From Tetramitus jugosus (taxonomy: Eukaryota; Protista; Heterolobosea): a stretch of 64,000 bases of DNA. The first letter of the stretch is position 1; every line of letters begins with the position of its first letter. The notes below the pieces were generated by a model that saw nothing but the letters and a program-made list of their open reading frames with translations, was not told where the DNA came from and did no database searches. Positions 30,514-42,391 of this stretch are shown piece after piece. The position numbers and the translations under genes are program-made. The stretch spans positions 248,001-312,000 of the forward strand of contig OW569353.1 in assembly GCA_937625935.1 (NCBI GenBank), read 5' to 3'.

Positions 30514-33027
30514 TTACAGAAGCTCATCCTCTGGATTTGTTTTGAAGTGTTCTCTTCGCTCAGCAGCATTAGACGTATGTCTATCAAGAGTAGTTCCGAC
30601 AATATCCAGCTTCTTCTGAAGTAGTGGCCACATGTGATCATCCAGTGTACCATCACAAATCAAATATCGAACATCTACCGTTGTCTCAGAAGATGTACCA
30701 ATCCTGTGTACACGATCCTCGGCCTGTAGCAATACTCCTGGTGTCCAAAATAGTTCGCAGAAGATGACATTGCTACAATTTGTCTGAAAATTCAAACCTG
30801 TTCCAGCACAAGTCAAAGACAGAATAGCATACTTACAGTTTGGACTATTGCAAAAATAATCAGCGAGATCAGACCTCACTTGATTCGGTGTATTTCCATC
30901 AATTCGTATATACTCGATGCTGCTATCGTGTTTGTCCTTATAGCCTATCAATTCTCTTTCAATGCCATCGAGCACACATTGGTGATGGGCAAAAAGAAGA
31001 TACTTCTCATTGTCGTTCCTCGAAAATACTCTTTGTTTCAAATATTCACATACTAGTGGAATTTTTTGCTTCCCGGTAATTAAGAACTGTTGGATAATTT
31101 GAGTTGCCTCAGAAGTAGACTGAAAATCAAATATGGAGCTATTCAGAAGAGCCTCCCTTGCAGCCTCTTCTTGTATACGCTGGTTTTCTGCATCGTCATA
31201 GGTTCGGGAAATAAAAATTAACCTTCTGTTCTTGGGGCGCAACTGACCTAGAACATGCTTCTTCAACCGTCTGATCATAATTGTTCGACTTAGTAACAGA
31301 TTCAACTCTGGAATGTTTGATGCACCAGAGTAATTTGCTCCGAATGGAGTCTCCTGAACATCGCAATATCTCTCACCAAACACAGCCTTGGTCATAAATT
31401 TAATACTCCTGTCGTTGAACAAAGGCCTAATTTGATCATAAAGTTCAATTGGCCTTGATGGTGTAGCAGTCCCGCTCAATAGAAACGCTCGTTTTGAGTT
31501 TCGAATAAATGGCCTTGTAGCCCTCGTTCTCTTACTCATTGTCGACTTGACAAAGTGACTTTCATCAACAATGACCACCTTGGGTTTAAAATCAGTTGCA
31601 TTTGATCTTGCTAATAATTCATATGACACGATGCTAACCTTGTAATTAGGAATTGTGTCCATCTTATTACCACTGTCCACGATGAGAATTTCATCCTCAG
31701 TAGCGGCTTCCCATTTTATCAACTCCTTCTTCCAGTTCACTCTCAAAGTACTTGGACATATGATTAATAGGGGCCATTCACTTTTGTAGTAACAGGCAAG
31801 AGCAATAGCCTGAATTGTCTTACCTAATCCCATTTCATCAGCCAAAAGAATTCTTCCTCCTCTCTTGACACCAAATATGATACCTTCATTTTGGTAGGGT
31901 AGCAGATTTGTTTGGATTCGCTTTGGAATAGAATCCCATGATATATCATCACTCAAATCAACCGGTGCGAATACTCCTCCTTTCTTTTGCTCTTCAAACA
32001 GCACCTTTCTCACAAAAGGTGGTATCTCTCCAACACCCAACTCATTCGCAAAATGATTCGCACTGAAATCCTTCAAATCTTGAACAACATCATTGTAATG
32101 TTTTATATCGAACACTACTGCATTGACCTTTGATATTTGGAAGGCAGATCTAGGCTCCAAACCAAAATCTTCTTCATTTTCTTTCTTGATACGTACTGAC
32201 TCCATATCATACTTTTCAATCAATGATTGGATAAAATTTTGAAGAGTTTCGTCCAATATCTTGTTTCTCACTGGCAAATACTTCATTCTCATCAAAACCT
32301 TCATTGTTGGAGGACTATCATCCTCAAATAGAGGCAGCCGTGCATCTAATTCCTCTTCGCTCAAATCTCTCATCTTGGATTCGTCGAGCTCACCACGATT
32401 ATTGTTGCTATTAACGGATTCAAACAATTGGAATCGCACACGATACATGTATATCGTTTCTTCACTGCTTCCAGCCTCATTTGTGCCATCTTGAGACACA
32501 CTCTCATCCAAGCTATTCTCAGCCGACTCCTTCTTCTTTTTCTGTTGTGCTCTACGGTTGGCCATAGCCCACTTGTAACGAGAGCTAATACCCCTTGTAG
32601 CATATCCTTGCTCCGCAATTGACTGAAACAGTTCCATTGCACTCTTGTTCGACGTAACCCTCATTTTCTTATCTGCACTCACAGTTTCTTTGATTGCTTG
32701 AGTTTTTTGCTTCACATTAGCCCTAGGAGTGCGATCATCCTTGTTCTTGATCACAGTGGAAGAGTAAGGAGCTGCCTGTGGTGAGAACATTCGATTACGC
32801 AAAGCACTCGCTCTGTCGTTCAACAAGAAGCGAGATGACGACGGGTGATCTTTCAAGTCTGAACAAGGGATCACCCTCATCAGTGCCGCGGTTGGAAGTT
32901 TACTGTAGTGGCCACGAAGTGAGAGGTTGATTCTGTGCTGCATGATGATGGGATTCAAACAACAAATCAAAGCGAGTGAGTGATTTCTGACAAGTTCAAT
33001 TCGAGCTTTTTCTGAAGCCTTGAACAT
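30514..33027 (-). CDS. SMARCAL1: SMARCAL1/HARP-like SNF2-family annealing helicase
   Basis: Motifs LLPYQ..GGRILLADEMGLGKTIQAI, EWPLLIICPS, DESH, LLSGT..SRPIELY and WTPGVLLQAEDRVHRIG, with a HARP-like segment before the ATPase domain. Confidence 0.85.
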   Translation of the reverse strand: MFKASEKARIELVRNHSLALICCLNPIIMQHRINLSLRGHYSKLPTAALMRVIPCSDLKDHPSSSRFLLNDRASALRNRMFSPQAAPYSSTVIKNKDDRTPRANVKQKTQAIKETVSADKKMRVTSNKSAMELFQSIAEQGYATRGISSRYKWAMANRRAQQKKKKESAENSLDESVSQDGTNEAGSSEETIYMYRVRFQLFESVNSNNNRGELDESKMRDLSEEELDARLPLFEDDSPPTMKVLMRMKYLPVRNKILDETLQNFIQSLIEKYDMESVRIKKENEEDFGLEPRSAFQISKVNAVVFDIKHYNDVVQDLKDFSANHFANELGVGEIPPFVRKVLFEEQKKGGVFAPVDLSDDISWDSIPKRIQTNLLPYQNEGIIFGVKRGGRILLADEMGLGKTIQAIALACYYKSEWPLLIICPSTLRVNWKKELIKWEAATEDEILIVDSGNKMDTIPNYKVSIVSYELLARSNATDFKPKVVIVDESHFVKSTMSKRTRATRPFIRNSKRAFLLSGTATPSRPIELYDQIRPLFNDRSIKFMTKAVFGERYCDVQETPFGANYSGASNIPELNLLLSRTIMIRRLKKHVLGQLRPKNRRLIFISRTYDDAENQRIQEEAAREALLNSSIFDFQSTSEATQIIQQFLITGKQKIPLVCEYLKQRVFSRNDNEKYLLFAHHQCVLDGIERELIGYKDKHDSSIEYIRIDGNTPNQVRSDLADYFCNSPNCKYAILSLTCAGTGLNFQTNCSNVIFCELFWTPGVLLQAEDRVHRIGTSSETTVDVRYLICDGTLDDHMWPLLQKKLDIVGTTLDRHTSNAAERREHFKTNPEDELL

Positions 33028-33879
33028 TTCGCCGCCTGATGTCTAGCGAAAACTTGAATTCGACTCAATTTTGATTGATGGATGCATATTTTGAATGAAG
33101 ACCTCCATTACAATAAATTGTAATTGTGTTCGATGCGACAAAAAATTAAACCTTGCGACAATTTCAAGCTTTCGAACACGAAACAAACTCAAACACACAT
33201 AACCCAATTCAATAACACCAATATTCGTGACATCATCGGTCCACCATCCCGTCACACACAATGACCTGTACCAACACCTCTAACAACACTCCAAGCCCAG
33301 TCCGGGTACGTTTTTCGTCCCACACCAATCATTCTCCAAGATCTGTTCTACGGAAAAGAAGAGTCAAGACACTCAAACAACAAGGCAACACAAAGACAAC
33401 ATCATCACCAATTGTTGATCCATTCTCTCGCAAAGCCCATCCTAAAGTCACTTACATTTGTCCCCCAGCTCCAATAGTTATTTCACCATCATCGTAATTT
33501 CATCCTACTGTTTTTTGACAGGAAAGATGAGATTTAATCCGTTTATTAGTTCACCATTTACTGACACGTTGCGGATCATCCGCTAGTAGGTTTTAATGGT
33601 AGAATTAGGAGGCATCAAAACAAGTATGGACTTTCAGATGTGTGTGTACCAACTGACAGTATCTTGTTTTTTTTGTCGTACATGATATGTTTTTTGTTAA
33701 TTTGCAGGGAAACTAACAACACTTACCATTTGGTGAGTGATGCTTCTTAACAAACGTTATCTTCGATTATCGTGAAACAAACGAGGAACGAGGGGAACAA
33801 CGTCGTTTTTTGTTGGGAAAGAAAATAAAAATTTATAACATGAAAATCGTATGTCCAAGCAGAAGCAGTTCGTCATAAT

Positions 33880-35277
33880 TTAATACTTTGCATAAGTGCT
33901 GTTTTTGTACTGCTCGGATGATTGGTTAGTAGCGAAGATTTTTCTTTTTTTGAGCGGACGTACAGGTGAGATTTTTGTACATTCAGCATCTCCATCTTCT
34001 TCTTGATGGTGTTTCTCAGCCTCACGTCTACGCTTCTTATTCTGTTGCTCTTCAATAAATTTGCGAACCCAGCTCTCATTACGAGGGGACATTGGCAATT
34101 TGCAGCTTGTGTGATCCGGAAGTGGGTCCTCTGAAAACCATGGATGATTCAATGCTTGGGAAGCAGTGATTCTTTTTCTTGGATTCAGGGTCAACATCTT
34201 CTGGAGCAAGTCAACAACTGGATTATCCTGAAACTGGTGACAATGTGTTTGTAGTCTGCCAGAGGAGGAGTAAGAGGGCGACATTCTTGGCCAATTTGGC
34301 AAGTCAGTCGCCTCGAACCAATCCTCCTTGTCTGGAGTACCACAGAGTGAGAATATTTTCTCTAATTGATCTTCTTCGTCGTGACCTGGGAATAAAGGTG
34401 TCTTAAACATTAACTCAGCTAAAATGCAACCTACGGACCAAATGTCAATGGCCGAAGTGTAATGGGTGTCGTGAAGGAGAAGCTCCGGTGCACGATACCA
34501 GCGAGTGACAACATTGAACGACAATTTAGGGTGAGGCTTTTGTGGATCCACAACTCTTGCCAAGCCAAAGTCAGCAAGCTTAATAGTTCCTTCTTCAGTG
34601 ACCAAAATGTTTGAACTTTTCAAATCACGATGCATCACATTGTTTCTGTGCATAAAATCAATAGCACGCAACAATTGTTGGACATAGGATTTGATTTGAG
34701 CTTGGTTCATTTCAATTGCTTGGTCGTTGATGATTCCACTCAAGTCATGTGGAACATAATCGAGTGCCATAACGAGATGACTCTTACCACAATTGGCTTC
34801 ATCACTCTCCATGTAAACTTGTCTCAAATTGAGAATGTTTTCATGTTTCAAGCACTGCAAAATCTTTACCTCACAAGTATGATTCACTGAAACCTGTTGC
34901 GACAAAATAAATTGTAAGCTGTCTTTTGAACACAACAAACAGCTAGAGACATTGTTTTGTTTGTTTTGTATCCAGAACAACATAAAAAACTTACCCCTTC
35001 TCCAATGTTGTCTACTTCGACTGATTTGAGAGCTACAAGCTCTCCTGTCTCCTTACAGCGACCCTTCCATACAACTCCATAGGCTCCTTGACCAACAATC
35101 TCGATCTTTTCGTACTTGCTACCGTTATTGAAGGCACTATTATGATTCAAAGACAAAAACAAGCACACAAACAAAGTCAACAAATTATCGTTTAGTGTTT
35201 GGAGCATAAAGAGAGGTAGAAATTTTATTGAACACTTACTCTTGACGAATGTTCTTCTGTTCACAGGTGAGAAGCAT
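33880..35277 (-). CDS. Divergent cyclin-dependent kinase (CDK9/12/CDKC-like, 3 exons)
   Basis: Exons 35277-35240, 35136-34995 and 34893-33880. Motifs GQGAYG, VALK, HDLSG, HRDLKSSN, DFGLAR, VVTRWYRAPELL and DIWSVGC. Confidence 0.88.
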
Positions 35278-35757
35278 TGGAAAAAGAGAGATGAAGTGGG
35301 GAGAGGTGTTTGTTTAGTGGAGGGAAGAATCAACCGCCAAAAGACTGGGGGCACAGAAAAAACGTCAAAAACTCGGAAACTTCATGAAGCTAAAAATAAA
35401 ATGGAATTTTACAAAAAATTGAAGAAGAAGAATTTGGGTGTATTGGTAAGAAGAAACTTGTACTCCCGAACGTCGTTGAGTGGTTAAAATTCGGCACGTC
35501 AGATTACTAGAAACAAGCACTCTTATTCTTGTTGGTATTCAGAAAGAAATGTCGGCCGGTTATGGTTTTCCTGAGTTGATTAGCTCCGAATCCGCGGAGT
35601 AAATCATGATGAATTGGATTGACATTTGAGAGGAATACTGTGAGATGACAAATCACTTTTTTCCCCATGCCGAAGTGTTCTCCACAAAACACAAACTATT
35701 CCTCTTCAATAGACTTCGTCTCAACTACATCTGAATTCAACTCTTCTGTTCTAGACC

Positions 35758-38700
35758 ATGATGAAAAAAGTCGATCAGGACTGGGTAAACGTCCAACACA
35801 GGGTACGTACAACAACAAACACTTCTCTCTTGGCGACTAGAGAATTCAATATTTAACAGCTTCATGTTTTCTGTTTATTACCATTTAGACGTTTACTGCG
35901 TGGGTCAACAGTCATTTGAAGAAACGAGAGGTTAAAATCGAAGATTTAATATCCGGACTGCACACTGGTGTCAACTTGGTCAATTTGATGGAGTTGTTGA
36001 CGAACAAGTCCGTTCCTTTTCCTATTACGAAGAAACCAGCCTTCCGTATTCAAAAAATTCAAAACAACTCGATTGCCGTTGAGTTTGCAAAATCAGAAAA
36101 GGTCAATGTAGTTGGTTGTGGTGCCGAAGATCTTGTCGATGGTGAATTGAAGATTATTCTTGGTTTTATTTGGACGCTAATCTTGAAGTATCAAATCAAC
36201 AAGGATTCAAAAGCTTCCAATGGTATGCGAGTCTCTCTCTCGTTTGTGTGCGTTTTATTGTTATTCACGCAAACAACAGCGTGTGAGTTTTGTGCTTACA
36301 AGTCTTTTTCTTCACAATCATGTGTGTCCACATCTATTAGTCGTAAAACGGAAAAAGGCAGTTCAAAAAGGTGAAATCAAGGTAGAGATTGAACTCAGTG
36401 ATGAACAAAAGCAAGAAATTACCAAAATATTTGAGGCAATGAGTGTAAAAGTGACGAGCAATGTCACTGGTGATGAGATTCAAACTTTGGCCGATGTTGC
36501 TGCTGTGGTTGAAGCTCTACAATCACTGGGATATGATGCTACGACTGAAGATGTCGAATCAATTATTAAATTGTTGAGAGAGGAGTATATTCAAAAGGGA
36601 ATGATGGACAAGGAGATCCTGGAGCAGAATGGAGGAAGAATTGACATGGAAACCTTCTTAGAAATTGTGAAGAGAAAGATTCAGAGAGACGAGATGATGA
36701 AAGCGTTCGAGTCTGTCGATTATGAAGGATCAGGAAGATTGAACGCTGCTTCTGTCTTAGCCGCTCTTAAAGCACTGGGATTTAGTGCTGATGTAACATT
36801 ACAAGATATTGAGCAATACATTGCTCAGGTGGCTGGTGCTGGTGAACAAACATTGAATTTTGACGAGTTTGTGAAGTTTGTAGCTGAGAAGCTACATGAG
36901 AAGACATCAGACAAGGCAAAGGAGGTTGCGGCACCTGCACCTGTGGTTGCTAAATCGAACCCAAAGGCCGAACTACTCAATTGGATGTCTGATATGCTCG
37001 AGTCATTCACTGGTGGTCAAAAGATTTCAGATTTTACAAAGAGTTGGCAAGATGGAAAGTTGTTGTCTTCATTGGTGTACTCTCTCGTTCCAAAGTCTGT
37101 CAAGGCAAAGATGAATTTGAATGAAACTGATCCTTTGACGTTGACAGAGACCGCGATTAGAATTGCAGAGGAAGAGTTGGGTATTCCAATGATCGTGGAC
37201 CCTGTTGACGTTGTTAATAACCCAGAGGAGTTGAGTATGATGACTTATTTCTCCTATTTTAGAGATTATGTCAATGAGAGAGGATCAGAGGAGGAAGAAG
37301 AAGAGGAAGTTGATCCAGAATTATGTTCTGTTCAACTAGTTTCGACCAAGAGATTCTTCCTGACTGGTGAAGAAATTACATTCAAGATTACAGCTGTGAG
37401 CACTGATGGAGAGTTGAGAGTTGATTGTGACGACCAATTCGAGGTTTGTCTTTCTGGACCTGCTGAGATTGAATCCACTGCTACTTCAAACAACAATGGA
37501 ACTTACAACTTTACATGTGTTGCTACTGTGGCAGGTGACTACAAACCATACGTGACGATTAATGGAGTTCGTATTGAAAACGCACCATCAAAGATTACTG
37601 TCAAGTACCCTGTGAGTGCTACGCACAGTACTATCAGTGGAATGGAAGAGACCATTATCGCTGGATTTACCACAGAGTTCACCATTCAGTCAAAATCCAA
37701 GGATTCTGAAAACTGTACATTTGGCGGTCATAACTTTAACGTTGTTGTAGTTGGACCTACTCTTCCAGTCGAAGCCAAATTGGTCGATCTGGGTGATGGT
37801 ACCTATAACGTGAGTTGGTTACCACAAGAAACTGGAACATTTAACGTGAATGTTGGTGATGCTTCTGCAGATGTGGATCAGTCTCCTTACTTTGTTTTGG
37901 TGAGGAAACAAGTTGCTCCAAGAAATTGTGTAGCCCAGGCCGCTTGCTTCACTACTGTTGTACGACCTCACGAATCAACGAGCATTTTGATTCAGACAAA
38001 GGATGAGAATGGAAATGATATTTTGACTGGATCGGAACGCGTGAAGGTTGAAATTGTGACATCAACAAGTGATGTCATTTGTCCATCTGTAAAGGACAAC
38101 TCCAATGGTACATATGAAGCTACATTCGCACTTGAAAAGCCTGGTGATTATGTAGTGACTATCACTGTGAATGATCAACCAATCAAGGGAAGTCCATTTG
38201 GTGTGACTGTTGAGCCTGAATTATATGCACCAAGTACTGTGGCTTGCCTCGATGATACTGTCGTGAAGCCAGATGGTTGTACCATTCGTTTCAACGTTCA
38301 ACCATTAGACAAGTTCGACAATGTAACCAAAACTCCTGCCAATATTGTAGCATCAGTATTAGATGAGAACAACAATCAATTAGAGACAAAGATTATTGAG
38401 TGTAGCGGTGATAATTTTGCTGCCTTCTTCAAACCAAGATCCAACAAGTACAACTACCAATTGGCTTTGAGTGTGAATAACACTCCTCTGAAGAATAGTC
38501 CAATTCCATTTGCTTTGCAACCAACAATTGACCCTGCTCTCTGTACCGTTGAAGGTCCTGGTTTGGAGGGTGGTGATTTGATTTCTCGTTTAGGTTTCCC
38601 TGCCATCTTCACAATTTATGCAAAGGACATTGATGGCAATGATATGCCTGCTGGAGAAGATGACAAAGTGAATATCCCTATCAATCAAGAGATTATCAAA

Positions 38701-40041
38701 CGTTTCTACAACCATCAAGATACACCAGTTGTTCCACCAACAATGGAGAAGAGCAAGACGAGAAGAAATGCTATGAAGCGCGAGGAGGACTTAGGTCATC
38801 CAGCCAATCCTATGAACTACAAATACAGATATACGGACCGTGTTGTTGAAATATCAGAAGAGGAAGTCACTACCCAGAATATTTTGTGGGAAGATCCAGA
38901 CGAGATAGATGAAATAGAGAGCTCCAGTGCTATTTATGAAGTTGTTGATCTCGAGAGACTCGACAGACAGAAACAAGCTTCACCTTTTGTTGTGAGAATC
39001 GTCACTGAAAATGCTGACGAAGAAGACATCGAAATACAGCCTTATGTTCTGAAGAGTGGTGCTAGTGAGTACACTGTCATGTACACCACAACCTATGCTG
39101 GACTTCATACAATTTCAATTCAATATGATGAACAAGATGTTGTTGGTAGTCCATTCCAGGCCATCTTTACAGCTGGTATTGATCCTAGACGATGTAATAT
39201 GATGGGCACTGGTGCCAAGAAGGCGTATGTCAAGGTGAGAACATGCTTCGATATTTATGCTGTCGATCAAGATGGTAGACAGAAGAAGGCAGGCGGAGAT
39301 GATTTCGAGGTTGTTATTAAGGATCCAACCGGTACTTCGATTAAAGAACCTGTCACTGTCGACGACAGAGGAGATGGTACTTACAAGTGCTACTACACTC
39401 CTCAGATGGAGGGTCCTCACACCATCAAGGTCAAGTGTAAGGGTGTTGAACTTCCAAACAGTTCAGTCAAGATTATGGCTCTCTCTCAATCTAGAATGCC
39501 TGATGTAAAGAAGGCAAAGATTGCACCAGCCACATCAGTGATATACGCAAAGACACCCACCTTCGTCACTGTTACCTTACCTGACATGAATATTGGTGGT
39601 GATAATGTAGAAGCAGAGTTTATTACTCCATTGGCAGGTTTAACTATCAAGAAACCTGTTATCAAAGACAACGCGAACGGAACTTATAGCATCTTCTATG
39701 AAGCTCCAGTTCCTGGCTTGTACAAGTGTAAGGTGACTGTCAATAATGAGCCAGTATCTTCGCTTCTCGAACTTCCAGTTGTTGCGGATATCAATCCAAC
39801 TGTATCTACCATTGGTAATTGGAACATTGATATCTCATCTGCAAGCTCTTTGGATCAGACAGACATTATTGTCGATTATAAGGGTTATTCCAATCTATCA
39901 ATGAAGGAGCCGCAACACTTCAAGTTAAACTACGATGCTCCAACAAACGAAGAGGAGATCGATGAGATGCACACTGTCGATGTTCGCATCAATGAACGAA
40001 GTGTGGGTGGTGCTCCATTCAGACAAACGTTTGGTAACTAG
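35758..40041 (+). CDS. Filamin/gelation-factor-like actin crosslinker: CH1, calmodulin-like EF-hand module, CH2, Ig filamin repeats (3 exons)
   Basis: Exons 35758-35802, 35889-36222 and 36341-40041. CH1: WVNVQHRTFTAWVNSHL..DLVDGELKIILGFIWTLILKY. CH2: LLNW..DFTKSWQDG..LGIPM..ELSMMTYFSYF. Repeated DNxNGTY/GSPF filamin motifs. Confidence 0.92.
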
Positions 40042-40232
40042 TACGGTCATTTATCGAATAAAATTGCACACTTTTGTTTACTTGGAGAAAACACCTGAAT
40101 ACAACAATCATCATTGCCACCACCATTGTTTCAAAGAATTCATCATTTGTAGTTTGAAATAGGAGGAAACTGTCAGATCAATTCCGCGGCAGATACAAAG
40201 AAATTATCAACACGAGATCAACAACAAACAAA

Positions 40233-41243
40233 ATGCATGGTGATCAATCACACGAAAAACATGTCGTACGGGGAAGGGTCCTCATTCAAGATGAACTGGG
40301 TCAGATCGATGAGGCATCATTCGACACGAGCATATTTCGTTTCTTTGGAATGGAATCCAATGTTTTCAGCTTCACGTGTAACGTAGCTGTTCACTTGACA
40401 GAAAAAAGAATTGTTCTGTTGCACCAGAAGAGCTTTGTTGATCCGAATAACTTTGTTGAGGACGAGAACGGATGGGTGCAACAGTTGAAAAGAGAAGGAT
40501 ACTCTATTGAGACAACGATTCCACTGGGCCGAGCTCTCAAATGCCCCATGTTTGACTTTCATTTGTGGCCAGAGGAGGAAAGAGTCAAAGTGATCGAGGA
40601 GTTGAATAGCAGGAGAATGGTGAGGAGTCAACCACCAATCAAACACTGTTCACTGGCTGTGAGTGTGTTGATTGAGAATGCTGATACAGGTCGAGTCCTC
40701 ATTACTAGAAGAGCAAAGCATATGAGGTCATTTCCTTGTGTTTGGGTGACGCCTGGTGGATCAATCGATGAAACAGATCACAGTTTATTGGCAACTGCAC
40801 AAAGGGAAGTTTGGGAGGAGACTGGTGTCACTGTCAATATGGACAATATAGAGCTATATTGCATGTGGGAATCTGTTTTCCCTCATTATTTGTCAATGGG
40901 CACACCATCACATCATCATGTGATCCTGTATTATAGAGCTGTGGTCCAAGTGGATGAGACACACATTAAAATGCAAGAGGAAGAAGTGGATGCCTACGCA
41001 TGGCTTGATCCAGTATTTGTACAGAGTTTATTGGAACAGGAGAGTGAAGGAACATTTCGAGCATTTGAACATGTGATGTGCGATGTTGCTCATGAACCAA
41101 AGATACATGAAAGAGACTTTCACATTTCTAGACTAAACAATATCGATGCTTTGGAGCGAGTGAGCGAAGGTACAAACTTTGCTCTGGCCCAGTGGTGTCA
41201 ACGAAAGTCTGGAAAGGCTATTGTTGCTGAATTGAATCAATAA
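40233..41243 (+). CDS. Nudix hydrolase, NUDT17-like
   Basis: LITRRAKHMRSFPCVWVTPGG, Nudix box GGSID..AQREVWEETG, and WESVFP..HHVILY. Confidence 0.85.
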   Translation: MHGDQSHEKHVVRGRVLIQDELGQIDEASFDTSIFRFFGMESNVFSFTCNVAVHLTEKRIVLLHQKSFVDPNNFVEDENGWVQQLKREGYSIETTIPLGRALKCPMFDFHLWPEEERVKVIEELNSRRMVRSQPPIKHCSLAVSVLIENADTGRVLITRRAKHMRSFPCVWVTPGGSIDETDHSLLATAQREVWEETGVTVNMDNIELYCMWESVFPHYLSMGTPSHHHVILYYRAVVQVDETHIKMQEEEVDAYAWLDPVFVQSLLEQESEGTFRAFEHVMCDVAHEPKIHERDFHISRLNNIDALERVSEGTNFALAQWCQRKSGKAIVAELNQ

Positions 41244-41256
41244 TATCAAGTACCCG

Positions 41257-42170
41257 TCACTCTGCAATGTACACTTTAGACCGAGAGAATATGACTAATG
41301 CATCCTCAATCTCCTGTAGTTTGGCTTCTAATTCAGTTTTCTTTCGTTTGAGTCCAAGGGTATCGCATATCATGGGTAGATTTCTCAAGTCTTTGATGAT
41401 CTTCTCTTTTGTCTCATTCAAAATTTGTAAAGTTTCTAACCTCTCGCTTTCAGGCATCAATATCATGCCAGGTATTGCATCTTTGTTCTTTTCCTCTTCG
41501 AGCATTCTTCTCGCTTCTTCCTCCTCCTGAATTCGCTTTCGTTCTTGAATATACGATGGAATTCTTCCAAACTCATCGTGCTTAGTACTTTGGGGTTTCT
41601 TTTCTTTCTTACTTGATGGTTTTGCTGTCAGAGCCGCTCTTGAATTCTGAGAGATGTAATTCTTCTTTTGTTTTTCCCTCGAAGTTGCAGGCACAGAAGC
41701 AGATGGTACAGGTGGTTTCCTAGGAGCACTAAGCATTATAGACATTTTCTCTCGGTCTTCTAGAGCTTGAATTTGATTGTTTAACTTCATTTCTTCCTTC
41801 TTTCTTGATCCCGAGCCTGCCCTCATAAAAATCTTTTTCTCTCTACTCTCTTGTTCTTGTTCCATCACCTTGATTGACAGGTAAGTGATTCCGCGAAACA
41901 CCTTGCTAAAAAGATAAATCTCTTATAACTTACCTCTAAATTCTTTTTCAATGTGGAGGAAACATTTTGAAACTTACTCAATTTAAATACATTCTTACTC
42001 TCGGGATTGTCTTTCTTTTCTCTATTTTCTCTCTCTTTTTCCCTGATTAGTCTCAAGTTGTCTCTCATGTGATTTTTGGGCTGTACTCCCTTCCTTGCTA
42101 GTTCACCTCGATATCCATTGGCCGGATTCAAAATCGATGATACTTGACTCCCTCGAAGTTGATGAGCCAT
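41257..42170 (-). CDS. Enkurin domain-containing protein, ENKD1-like (2 exons)
   Basis: Motifs PKNHMRDNLR, KLSKFQNV, FGRIPSYIQERK, PGMILMPESERLETL and LEAKLQEIEDALVIFSRSKVYI. Intron runs from 41933 to 41869 (or 41902). Confidence 0.85.
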
Positions 42171-42391
42171 TGTGTGTTTCACTTCTTTTTTCTCTTTCGC
42201 GCTCTTCAAACTGTAAGCTTTCGAACCAAAGCCAAGCAAAAAACAAGTGATGACTCTTACTTTAGCCGGTAGATGTTAAACCTCTCCTGATGACTTAAGG
42301 ACAGTTTACCACGTTCTCAAACCTCCTCAAACGCTCAACGAGTTTTGGCGCCAAAAATAAATCTTTCGAAAAAGTTTGCGAGCAATTGTAA

